Source: a virus | Taxonomy: Duplodnaviria; Caudoviricetes | Virus record (IMG/VR): IMGVR_UViG_3300001199_000286 | Coordinates: 1-53,305 of that record | Reading direction: 5' to 3' (one strand) | DNA length: 53,305 bases | Part shown: piece by piece, positions 19,274-27,980 of the stretch | How positions within the stretch are numbered: the first letter of the stretch is position 1 | How the letters are laid out: every line of letters starts with the position of its first letter | Translations under genes and position numbers: made by a program | The notes under the pieces: model-generated | Seen by the model: the letters and a program-made list of their open reading frames with translations, nothing else | Told to the model about the DNA's origin: nothing | The model's database searches: none

Positions 19274-20578
19274 ATGACAACATTTACAGAATTTTTAGAA
19301 AATCACGAACCATTCGATTCTATGCATGCAGATATTCCTCTACCAAAAGAGGTTTATTTGTTAAGCAAAATTTTTGCTAAACACAACAAAACTTTGTTTG
19401 CTGTTGGTGGAGCTATTCGTGATTTTCTCTACCACAAATATCACGATCCAAAAGGGAAATATAATCCCAAAGATGTGGATCTAGCCACCGATGCTCAACC
19501 ACAAGACATCAATAAAATTCTTACTTCCCAAGAGGCTCAACTAAACGGAATCAAAGTCTTTCCTAAAGGGGAAGCCTTTGGTGTTATTTCAGCCATCGTT
19601 AATGGACAAGAATATGAAATTGCTACTTTTAGAGAAGAATGGTATGACCCAGAAAAGGGAGATGGAAGAAGACCAGACCAAGTTACCTTCTCTACTCCTG
19701 GTAAAGATGCTCAACGTAGAGATTTAACCATGAATGCTCTTTTTTATGATGTAGATAAAAAAGAGATCAGAGACTACAACGTTGACGAAGCGGGACGAGG
19801 CTTAGGCTTACAAGACATTAGAAGCCTTGTAGCTAGACCTGTAGGCAATGCCAAAGAACGTTTTAGAGAAGATAAACTAAGAATCCCCAGATTAATTAGA
19901 TTCTTTTCTAAATACAATCCAGGGGAAATTCTAGACCATTTAGATCAACAAACTATTGCAGCTATTAGGGAATTCAAAGACCTTGCTGGAGTTTCTCCAG
20001 AAAGAATTGCTGCTGAATTTCTGGCAGGGTTGGCCAAATGCCACAATACGATAAACTATCTGAAAAATTATACCGTTTTAGACCTTTATCCTGCAGTGTT
20101 CCCTGGAATGCGAGTAGACACCCAAGATATCGACCGAATTGGAAATATTAAAAATCCCAAGGCTATTTTAGCTTGGATTTTGAAAAGCAATGGGGACTCT
20201 CGTCAAATTAAAAGTCATTTAAATGGCTTGAAATACCCTAGCGATATTTTCGACAGGGTTGAATTTCTTGTCAGATTGTTCAAGTTTGAACCACAAAAAA
20301 TTGCTCTTTATCTCAAACAAAGAGATGTTCCTAAACAATTAAAAGACCCAGCTATGCAATCAATTGCTATGAGTGGGCTACAACAAGATGTTAAGGACTT
20401 TGCCCAAATTGCTGGGATTAGTGACCGTATGAACCATTTCATGGGATACCAATCCAATGTCAATTCTCAAGATTATATGCACTTAAAAGGCAAAGAAATC
20501 TCAGATGCTATTGGCAATGCAGAACATGATGCCTACCAAAAATCTTGGGACCAATTTAATCGTTCCAAGGGACAATAG
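19274..20578 (+). CDS. cca: Class II tRNA nucleotidyltransferase (CCA-adding enzyme)
   Basis: VGGAIRD, DVDLAT, EIATFREE, flexible loop DGRRPD, RRDLTMNAL, EDKLR templating motif, SPERI. Start reassigned to MTTFTEFLE. Confidence 0.9.
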   Translation: MTTFTEFLENHEPFDSMHADIPLPKEVYLLSKIFAKHNKTLFAVGGAIRDFLYHKYHDPKGKYNPKDVDLATDAQPQDINKILTSQEAQLNGIKVFPKGEAFGVISAIVNGQEYEIATFREEWYDPEKGDGRRPDQVTFSTPGKDAQRRDLTMNALFYDVDKKEIRDYNVDEAGRGLGLQDIRSLVARPVGNAKERFREDKLRIPRLIRFFSKYNPGEILDHLDQQTIAAIREFKDLAGVSPERIAAEFLAGLAKCHNTINYLKNYTVLDLYPAVFPGMRVDTQDIDRIGNIKNPKAILAWILKSNGDSRQIKSHLNGLKYPSDIFDRVEFLVRLFKFEPQKIALYLKQRDVPKQLKDPAMQSIAMSGLQQDVKDFAQIAGISDRMNHFMGYQSNVNSQDYMHLKGKEISDAIGNAEHDAYQKSWDQFNRSKGQ

Positions 20579-21239
20579 TAGCCCAAACCTTTTCATTTAA
20601 TTCACGAGCTTTGGCCTTATCGGCATCGGTTGCTAGCTCTATTTGAGAATTAACAATTTGAGCCATTAATTCATTACGAGTAATATGGTCTTTGGGGCAA
20701 CACATAGCCTTATCCCCCCAAAATTCCACAGACTTACGTAAAAGGGCTACAAACTCAGAGTCAGTCATTCCAGTAGATGTACCACCACTTAATTGTAAAT
20801 GGTTGGCAATTAATGCTCCCATTGGAATTGGAGATTCTTCCTCAGTTGGATTAGCATTAACCGAGATTACTTCCCATTCAGCATCACAACTTTGTTCATT
20901 ATTCTCTGCTAGAACGTCGTGACGATACAATACAACGTCTACGCTTTTAGCTGGCATCTTTTGCCTAGTTGCAGCATAAACGCTTTTACGGGGCTTCTCG
21001 CCCGCTTTACGGGCTCTATAACAGCCCTCTAAAGCATCGCCTTCTTTTAATTGAACAATACTCGTGAAAAATCGTTCAGGAGGAATAGGAATCAATACAA
21101 CTCCGTCCTTATATCCTGCTTTTTTGTTGTCAAAATTCTGGTTCAATAAAACCAAAAATTCTTCGTCAGAATGTTCCCAATAAGAAAACTCCGAATCTTT
21201 AGTTTGACGACGTACAAAATTACTAATAGCAATCTTCAT
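20556..21239 (-). CDS. DUF3228-like protein
   Basis: FVRRQ, GYKDGVVLIP, R..GE.P, VDVVLY, WEVISVN, E.P.PM...AN...GG pattern recalled for DUF3228. Confidence 0.65.
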   Translation of the reverse strand: MKIAISNFVRRQTKDSEFSYWEHSDEEFLVLLNQNFDNKKAGYKDGVVLIPIPPERFFTSIVQLKEGDALEGCYRARKAGEKPRKSVYAATRQKMPAKSVDVVLYRHDVLAENNEQSCDAEWEVISVNANPTEEESPIPMGALIANHLQLSGGTSTGMTDSEFVALLRKSVEFWGDKAMCCPKDHITRNELMAQIVNSQIELATDADKAKARELNEKVWATIVPWND

Positions 21240-21412
21240 TTTTTACCTGTTTGTGTTGTTTTTTTAGGTTTTTGACTAATTATGTGTTGTAATTTCTTTT
21301 TAATCTCTTCAACCATATCTTCTTCCTGAAAATTACGAGAAATAGAAACTGGTTGGTTATCAATAGCCCCAAGAAGGTATTTGGCTTCAGTTATTGTTAA
21401 GGTTTTTTTCAT
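21236..21412 (-). CDS. Hypothetical protein
   Basis: Probable start MKKTLT, ATGA overlaps on both sides. Confidence 0.55.
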   Translation of the reverse strand: MKKTLTITEAKYLLGAIDNQPVSISRNFQEEDMVEEIKKKLQHIISQKPKKTTQTGKK

Positions 21413-21762
21413 CGAAGAAAAATAAGACCAAAAATAGCTATAAGATAAGCCACGCCAAATGTAATCATTAATGTGATGTGAATAACTTGACAAGAACACT
21501 TATTAGGCCGCTCCGTGCCACAAGAACTACATTCCACCCTAATTGACGGTATACTTGGAAAAGGTGGAAGCTCTCTAAGAGCATTAACCATCTTTTCTAG
21601 AGTTTTGTCGATTTTACGATCAACATCTTCATGTTTATCTAAATAATCCAAAAATTCAGGTGAAGCTTTACCTGTTCTTAAATAAGTTAAAACTTCATTA
21701 CGCCTCTTTTTAGATAGATTTCCCCAAATATTGGGCTTTTTGGGTAACTGATCTTCCAACAT
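21409..21762 (-). CDS. Hypothetical membrane-anchored protein
   Basis: CxxC...CxC and C-terminal hydrophobic helix. Confidence 0.6.
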   Translation of the reverse strand: MLEDQLPKKPNIWGNLSKKRRNEVLTYLRTGKASPEFLDYLDKHEDVDRKIDKTLEKMVNALRELPPFPSIPSIRVECSSCGTERPNKCSCQVIHITLMITFGVAYLIAIFGLIFLR

Positions 21763-22070
21763 TAGTTTTTTCCTACTAAACCACGACCCAAGTCACCTTC
21801 ACAGACCCACTCAGGATTTTCTTTTTCGCGAAGATAAAAAACCGTATAGATTTCTTTTTTGCCAAAATCAAAAGGATTGCAACACCAAAATTCCAGTAAA
21901 ACATAGTTATCAGGTTGTAATTCTTTAACTACAACCCAACTCACCATTTCTTTTTCACGCATCAATTTTTGTGCTTTAGCCATAATAGGCTTAGGAAGAC
22001 TTCTGACACGAAGCCAAATTCCTACACGGTAACGCCGTTTTTCTTGATCTTTATATGGAAACCAACTCAT
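21762..22070 (-). CDS. Hypothetical protein
   Basis: Translationally coupled array. Confidence 0.6.
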   Translation of the reverse strand: MSWFPYKDQEKRRYRVGIWLRVRSLPKPIMAKAQKLMREKEMVSWVVVKELQPDNYVLLEFWCCNPFDFGKKEIYTVFYLREKENPEWVCEGDLGRGLVGKN

Positions 22071-22276
22071 TTACATTCTTTATCGTGAATTTCAATATAA
22101 GCCGTTGGATAAGTGGTGCTGTGATGCAGAACGGCACTGCATTTCTTGCATTTTACATGGAATTTTTCACGCATGGAGTAAAAACCTTCTTCTCCACTGG
22201 ATTGGATATCGTATTTACCTTGGAATTGTTCGGGAAGTTCTTCCAAAGTCCAACTTTTAAAAACATCACTCATCAT
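22067..22276 (-). CDS. Small zinc-finger-like protein
   Basis: CKKC...H...C. Confidence 0.6.
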   Translation of the reverse strand: MMSDVFKSWTLEELPEQFQGKYDIQSSGEEGFYSMREKFHVKCKKCSAVLHHSTTYPTAYIEIHDKECK

Positions 22277-22431
22277 AAATTACTCTGAATTGTTTACGAA
22301 ATGCAGTTTTTTTGCCTTCTTTTCTAGAAAAGGAAAACCCCTTCACAAAATTATAGCAAAAAACTCCAAAAAAAAGAACAAGCAGCACAAGAAGAAAAAA
22401 GTATATGATTTGCATATTTCACCTTATTCTT

Positions 22432-22459
22432 ATTGTACTGCTTGTTCTTTGAAAGTCAA
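22432..22459 (-). promoter_or_regulatory. Sigma70-like promoter overlapping one arm of an inverted repeat
   Basis: TTGACT-N16-TACAAT; second extended -10 TGCTATAAT at 22350-22358. Confidence 0.55.
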
Positions 22460-22465
22460 TTAGAT

Positions 22466-23086
22466 TTAGACGGCTTGTCCAGATTGGCCCATTCCAGGTT
22501 GTGGTTGTCCCATACCAGCACCGATTTGGTGTCCTTTTTGTTGATTAGATTGGAAATCTTGGCTTACTTGTTGATAAAGTGGTTGTAGCGTTTGAGCTAA
22601 GAAATTATCAGGATAACCCATAGTCTTCAATTGCTTTTGCAAAGCTTGAATAGCATTAGAAGCTTGCTTGAGAGTTTCTGTATTAGCTCCTTGCTTGTAA
22701 CGGGCACCAATGTCATTGCCCACCGCTTGAACACCTTGTTTTACAGAGTTAGCAGCATTTCCAACGGCTGTTTTAGCAGCATTGAATTTATTTCCTAGCC
22801 AATTACCAGCAGTGTTTGCGGCATTGCCTACAGCATTTCCAGCATCTCTACCAAGGCTTCCAGCAACGTTACCAACGCCAGCAGCACCACGAGCTAGGTT
22901 GCTAATGCCGCCTAACATGTTTCTAAAACCAAGCTCATTCAATAAAGCTTCGTCGGTAAGGCTGTTTTGTTCAGCTAAACCAACAGTAACTTCACAAAAA
23001 TATTCAATATCTACTTCGGCAGCAAGTAGCAATTGTGCGTAAGATTCACATTTTTTATAATCCAAAAACTCATTAAAATTATTCAT
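22466..23086 (-). CDS. Gly/Ala/Asn-rich candidate internal virion protein
   Basis: MNNFNEFLD N-terminus, acidic leader ending LLNE, AGNA repeats; ACTATATA at 23112-23119. Confidence 0.7.
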   Translation of the reverse strand: MNNFNEFLDYKKCESYAQLLLAAEVDIEYFCEVTVGLAEQNSLTDEALLNELGFRNMLGGISNLARGAAGVGNVAGSLGRDAGNAVGNAANTAGNWLGNKFNAAKTAVGNAANSVKQGVQAVGNDIGARYKQGANTETLKQASNAIQALQKQLKTMGYPDNFLAQTLQPLYQQVSQDFQSNQQKGHQIGAGMGQPQPGMGQSGQAV

Positions 23087-23123
23087 ATTGTCTCCAATTG
23101 TTGGTTAATTTTATATAGTTTTC

Positions 23124-23603
23124 TCAATGAAAATTTATTCCTGGGTTGGTAATATAACTATATTTTAAACCATTAAATTCACATTCGGTAATTGTAGCCC
23201 CAGCAGCAGAGGGGCAATCTATGGCAGATCCATCTCTTTTTGAGGCTTTTAACCAACAATATATCTTTCTACCATCGCTAAATAACTCGACTAAAAAAAT
23301 ATTCTCTGCTCCTAAAAACTTTGTGGCAACATTTGCTACAAGCTCAAAAGGAATAAAAGGGTGTGTTCTAGAGAATATCTGTAAAGTCTCTAAAAAATAG
23401 TCGTCATAATCAGATTTTGTATAATTTAATATCAAAAAATGCCCATCTATGGTAATTTCTTTAGTTTTTAATACATTAATATACTCTTCATAACTAAAAG
23501 GCATTTTTGGGTAATTATAGGGCAATAATAAATTCCCCATATTTTTCATTTCTTGAACGATTTTATTTATGGGTTTTTGTTTATAAATCATTGTGCTGGC
23601 CAA
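23124..23603 (-). CDS. Hypothetical protein
   Basis: ORF fills gap. Confidence 0.6.
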   Translation of the reverse strand: MASTMIYKQKPINKIVQEMKNMGNLLLPYNYPKMPFSYEEYINVLKTKEITIDGHFLILNYTKSDYDDYFLETLQIFSRTHPFIPFELVANVATKFLGAENIFLVELFSDGRKIYCWLKASKRDGSAIDCPSAAGATITECEFNGLKYSYITNPGINFH

Positions 23604-23639
23604 CTTTATCTAATATATTTCTATTAAAGGGAAAATTAT

Positions 23640-23864
23640 ATGCAATGTTTAATGATAACCACTTCCGATGATAGAAATTTTTTCACATCGAAAGACAATT
23701 TGTCTGTATTATCAGAGTTTAGCAATCTATTTAACACTCAATTAAAAATAGTAGACATAGAAGAAAAATCTTTATTGTCTTTAGAAGAACTGTCCAAAGC
23801 TTTATGTGATTTTAAATTTAATCAAAATAAAGAACAATATGAGAAAATCAAGAAAAAATGCTAA
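23640..23864 (+). CDS. Hypothetical protein
   Basis: Overlaps next gene start. Confidence 0.55.
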   Translation: MQCLMITTSDDRNFFTSKDNLSVLSEFSNLFNTQLKIVDIEEKSLLSLEELSKALCDFKFNQNKEQYEKIKKKC

Positions 23865-24484
23865 AAATCGCTTTTTTAAGTGCTTATGACCATAATCAAC
23901 AATGTCTAGCTGATTATGCGATACCCAACAAACAAGAGTATTGTAAACGGCATGGATATGATTTTATATCCTTTAATGCCTGGACAGATAAAAGTCGTAC
24001 GGCTCATTGGGCCAAAATCCTTTATACTGCCAATGCTCTAAAAAATTACCATTGGATTTTTTATTCTGATGTTGATTCTCTCATTATGAATCACAACAAA
24101 AAACTAGAAGACTTTTTAGACCACAACTATGATTTTATCACCAGTTATGACCGATATGGAATTAATTCTGGACAATGGTTTATTAGACGATGTAATTGGT
24201 CTGCTGGTTTCTTAACCTCAATTTATTCTCAAACGCAGTGTATTAATCAACCTTGTCCAGAACAAATGGCTATGATTACAACTTTGTTGAGTCTTGGAGA
24301 AAACATAAAAAGAACTAAACTAGTTATTCAAAAACAATTCAATTCATATTTATATGAAAAATATGATTGGGTTTGGCCTGATGGGCAATACACCCCTGGG
24401 GATTTTTTATTACATCTTCCAGGCATGTCTAATGAAGAAAGAGTTCCTATTCTCAAGGAATACTCTGAAAAAGTAATTAAATAA
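23858..24484 (+). CDS. GT34 (GMA12/MNN10-like) glycosyltransferase
   Basis: NKQEYCKRHGY, WAKI, WIFYSDVD (DxD), GINSG, EQ, GDFLLHLPG. Confidence 0.85.
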   Translation: MLKIAFLSAYDHNQQCLADYAIPNKQEYCKRHGYDFISFNAWTDKSRTAHWAKILYTANALKNYHWIFYSDVDSLIMNHNKKLEDFLDHNYDFITSYDRYGINSGQWFIRRCNWSAGFLTSIYSQTQCINQPCPEQMAMITTLLSLGENIKRTKLVIQKQFNSYLYEKYDWVWPDGQYTPGDFLLHLPGMSNEERVPILKEYSEKVIK

Positions 24485-25238
24485 TTTTTTCTTCAATTAC
24501 ATCAATCCGTAATTCCATCCTACCATCTAGATGCTCAAGTAACACACTACACGATTCCACCCAATCGCCACAATTGTAATACTCAATATCATCTAATTGT
24601 TTGACCGCTGGTACATGGATGTGTCCGCAAATAACGCCTTGACAATTATTTTCTTTTGTGTGTTTAACAATAAATCTCTCAAAATTGTTAATGAAGCTTA
24701 CAGCTTGTTTGACATTTTGTTTCAACAACATACTAAATGAATAATATTTGAACCCTAAAGTGCGGCGAACAATATTAATTTTTTCATTAATCCACATGGC
24801 AACAGAATAAGCTGTGTCACCCAAATGATATAACCAAGAAAATCTGATGGTTAATTGATCAAATATATCACCATGAATTATAAGTAGCTTTTTGCCATCT
24901 ACTGTTTCATGGATAAACTCATCTACTAATTCCACATGGCCAAAAGCATTTGGTAAAAAACCACGTAAAAATTCATCGTGATTGCCAGCAACATATACTA
25001 CTTTGGTTCCATCTTTAATCATACCAATGATACGGCGAACGATAAAACTATATGTATCCGTCCAATAAACACCCTTTTGCATTTTCCAGCCATCAACAAT
25101 GTCGCCCACTAAATACAAGGTTTCAGTGTCGGTATTTCTCAAAAAAGCCAATAATGCTTCGGCTTTACAGTATTTACAACCTAAATGAACATCTGAAATA
25201 AAAATGGATCTAACTTTTTCACGATTTTTAGTAGACAT
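24477..25238 (-). CDS. Metallophosphoesterase, UDP-2,3-diacylglucosamine diphosphatase-like (LpxH family)
   Basis: SDVHLG, GDIVDGW, GNHD, HGD, CGHIH, NCGDWVES. Confidence 0.88.
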   Translation of the reverse strand: MSTKNREKVRSIFISDVHLGCKYCKAEALLAFLRNTDTETLYLVGDIVDGWKMQKGVYWTDTYSFIVRRIIGMIKDGTKVVYVAGNHDEFLRGFLPNAFGHVELVDEFIHETVDGKKLLIIHGDIFDQLTIRFSWLYHLGDTAYSVAMWINEKINIVRRTLGFKYYSFSMLLKQNVKQAVSFINNFERFIVKHTKENNCQGVICGHIHVPAVKQLDDIEYYNCGDWVESCSVLLEHLDGRMELRIDVIEEKII

Positions 25239-25260
25239 TGAATTCCTATTGTTATATTAA

Positions 25261-26298
25261 TTATATATAGGAATTTTCAATAACCTCTATTGCTAAATCA
25301 ACTCCATTAACACCATGTTTGTCATTGTGCGTAAAATTGCGTAAAAAAGCATCAATTTTTTCTGAACTTAATTCATCAACATCGCATGAAACCCCTAAAT
25401 TCATTTTATTGATATAATACCCATTGATGGTCTGTTCTGGCTGGTTTGGTTCAGGAATAACAAACATGGGTTTTTGATAATAGGTTCCCTCTCCCAACAA
25501 TTGATTGCCAGCAGAAGCAAATAAGGCCCGACAAGAGGACAAATCTCTAACAAATTCCTCATTTTTCAAATCATGATATTCAAAAGGAAAAATTTGTTTT
25601 TCTTTTGGACAATTATAAACTTTAATTTTTTCCTGTCTGTGGGCTAATGATTTAAGTAGTTTGTCTCCACAAGACACCTTATAATAAACCAACAAATGCC
25701 CATCATTAGTTTTTGGGTAATTGTTGAAATTCTCTCGAATAAAACAATTTGTTAGAATTGTATTTTCATCAATTTTATTGGTTGCTTGATAATAAAAAGT
25801 TGAAACAACAACCTTGGCTGGGTTGGGGACTAAATACTCGGTATATTTCCCCATAGCCCAAGCTTGCAATCGTAATTCCAATGGCAGATCATCAAGTCTA
25901 CAACGACTAAACTTGTGTTGATTGTCAATGCTAATGCATGGCTTATTTAGAACTTTAGCGACTCTAGGAATTACCCCTTCAAAATCAGATATGAACAATC
26001 CAGGCTTATGAATGTCTGCCTGTTTCACAACATAATTATAGGATTGACGATAGCCCTTAATGAACTTGCCAAAATTAATTATGGTTTTGGTAGAAGAAAT
26101 GCGGCCCTTTTTATTTCTTCCAAAGTGCAAACTGACTATTTCATGTAAATGAGGATAGTTTTGTTCTTTATAGAACTTATAAGCTTCTCCCCATGTAAAA
26201 ACATGAACAGTGGTATCTTTCAACCGTTCAATGACTGCATAGGAACGCAAAGCATGGCCTAAGCCTTCGCCTGGAAGTGAATAAAATATAGTTTTCAT
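25261..26298 (-). CDS. GT-B glycosyltransferase, MJ1255/VC2487-like
   Basis: GEGLGHALRS, ISDFE, SIDNQH, AGNQLLGE, P...QPEQ..N. Confidence 0.82.
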   Translation of the reverse strand: MKTIFYSLPGEGLGHALRSYAVIERLKDTTVHVFTWGEAYKFYKEQNYPHLHEIVSLHFGRNKKGRISSTKTIINFGKFIKGYRQSYNYVVKQADIHKPGLFISDFEGVIPRVAKVLNKPCISIDNQHKFSRCRLDDLPLELRLQAWAMGKYTEYLVPNPAKVVVSTFYYQATNKIDENTILTNCFIRENFNNYPKTNDGHLLVYYKVSCGDKLLKSLAHRQEKIKVYNCPKEKQIFPFEYHDLKNEEFVRDLSSCRALFASAGNQLLGEGTYYQKPMFVIPEPNQPEQTINGYYINKMNLGVSCDVDELSSEKIDAFLRNFTHNDKHGVNGVDLAIEVIENSYI

Positions 26299-26356
26299 AT
26301 TAATCAATGGGGTTGGTAGGATTTGAACCTACAATCGCCGTGTACTCAGTTTAACC

Positions 26357-27674
26357 GTTCAACAAAATCTAGGGAAATCTAGGTCTTGTCATTTAAGCTA
26401 TCAACCATCTAACCTTCACCGTTAGACTTTCAAAGGATTGATAACTACTGGCATTGCGGCAATGCTCCTATCCCCTATTCCTGCGAACTCAGGGATTACT
26501 TTTCGTCCAATGTTCAAACTACCATTCACATCAGCATTCATGGCAAAGCCGTTGCTGACATACAAACCACGATACTTACGCTTACCACTAAACTCAGGTT
26601 CAGTGTCACCGTAAACAGGCAATGGATCACGGTCATAAAAACTCGCCTTGCTGGTGTAGGACTCTTCCGTGAAGATTACCTCAATGCCAGCAATGTTTGC
26701 TTTGTACTTGATCTTTTCCAACAACAAATATGTCGGAATTGAACAAAATGCCTGATTAGTTTTCTTGCCCAAATTGATATTCTGCTTCCATCCGTCGTTC
26801 TTGCCGATGATGATTTTGCCAATGTTATTCTTCAAACATAAATCAACGATCAACTTGCTCGTATGATGGAAATAGTTTTCAATTCTCCAATAACGCTTAC
26901 GCAATCGTGTCTTACAAGGACGCTTGTTGTACCATTGGTTTATGCTCTTGAGGATGCGACCATTGACCAATATAGGACGGTTTTGGTCGTAAGTTATCGC
27001 AGCTAAAGTATTCAAACCAATGTCTATTGTGCAAACTTTGTCCTTGTCAAACTTTACTTTCTTCTTCTCTTCTTTCGTTTCATACTGGACTTCAATTACA
27101 AAGCCAAAGGTCTTGGGAGTGATGACCACTTGTTTATAGTCAGCCCTGAACCTCACCGAGAAACAATTATTCGTAGCGGTCAGATTAGGCAAGGTTTCGT
27201 GGTATTGCCCACCTTTGATTGTCTCGTTGTAGAAAATGACTTGTGCTAGTTTTTCCTTGTAGTTTGGTGCTTTGGGGCAACGCACAAACTTGCTATGGTC
27301 TTTGCCATAGGCGGTCAGTGCCTTGCGGTAATTACTCCAATCGGTTAGGCACTTGCGGATCGTTTGTTTTGCGGTTTTGGTGTTGTGGAGTTGCTTGAAG
27401 CAGTCAAGGTTTTTGGTTTCGTTGGTAAGGAGAGTAATGTCAGGAAGTCGTTGTTTGGTGAACCACGCTTTACGCATGAGGAAATTGCAGCGATTGTATA
27501 ATTCTCTGCTTGTGGAGCAGAGTCTTACAAGTTCTGGGTTTCCTCTTGTGTAGTGTCGTTCAACCAATAGCATACCTTATATAAGGGTATGCCCTTTCAT
27601 TTTTGAAATAAATCTTTGAATTTTGTCAAAATAATTATCTAGGTTCTCCTAGATTTACTTAGATTTTATGACAA
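26357..27674 (-). mobile_element. Non-autonomous IS607-like element carrying tnpB only
   Basis: Subterminal inverted motifs AAAATCTAAGTAAATCTAGG (27648-27667) and AAAATCTAGGGAAATCTAGG (26364-26383), 18/20, each 7 nt from an RG dinucleotide; 10-nt-spaced CTAG-type repeats; no tnpA. Confidence 0.7.
26422..27573 (-). CDS. tnpB: RNA-guided endonuclease TnpB
   Basis: LYN, RuvC-I IDIGLN, IIIGKN, EESYTSK, RuvC-III NADVNGSLNI. Confidence 0.93.
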   Translation of the reverse strand: MLLVERHYTRGNPELVRLCSTSRELYNRCNFLMRKAWFTKQRLPDITLLTNETKNLDCFKQLHNTKTAKQTIRKCLTDWSNYRKALTAYGKDHSKFVRCPKAPNYKEKLAQVIFYNETIKGGQYHETLPNLTATNNCFSVRFRADYKQVVITPKTFGFVIEVQYETKEEKKKVKFDKDKVCTIDIGLNTLAAITYDQNRPILVNGRILKSINQWYNKRPCKTRLRKRYWRIENYFHHTSKLIVDLCLKNNIGKIIIGKNDGWKQNINLGKKTNQAFCSIPTYLLLEKIKYKANIAGIEVIFTEESYTSKASFYDRDPLPVYGDTEPEFSGKRKYRGLYVSNGFAMNADVNGSLNIGRKVIPEFAGIGDRSIAAMPVVINPLKV

Positions 27675-27728
27675 CTGTTGTGAACCCTTTGTCCGGTCGC
27701 CATGCCAGTTAGCGTACAACCCTACAAC

Positions 27729-27980
27729 TTATTCTTTATTCAGAAAATTATAAACAGTATCTGATACTGATTCTCTAATAAAAGTATCAAAATCATCCAA
27801 CATATCTTTAGCTTGTTTTAATCGCTTATTTTTAACATAAGTATAAAACCTAATTAGATCGCTAAAATCAGACAACATAAAAGATGAATTAACCTTTTTT
27901 CCCAGTCTAATTCTATCTAATTGAGAGTTATACAATTTAAGCTTATTTTTAGCAATCGTTTGAATTTTTTCTGTTCTCAT
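27729..27980 (-). CDS. Hypothetical protein (paralog of next gene)
   Basis: AKNKLKL...FSDLIRFYT...KQAK..L..F. Confidence 0.65.
   Translation of the reverse strand: MRTEKIQTIAKNKLKLYNSQLDRIRLGKKVNSSFMLSDFSDLIRFYTYVKNKRLKQAKDMLDDFDTFIRESVSDTVYNFLNKE

Larger units (their letters stand above)
26308..27723 (-). tRNA. tRNA-like gene split by a TnpB element (5' half 27675-27723, 3' half 26308-26356); anticodon not assignable
   Basis: 5' half AGGGTTG-TA-CGCT-AACTGGCAT-GGCG (D-arm with GG); 3' half GTAGG-TTCAAAT-CCTAC (perfect T-arm) then CAACCCC-A; GGGTTG/CAACCC pair across 1.4 kb. Anticodon arm irregular. Confidence 0.7.

Noticed and set aside
26357-27674. Group I intron / IStron in the tRNA
   Set aside because: Non-coding flanks are only ~100 and ~65 nt and are taken up by IS-end repeats; no P7 core seen.
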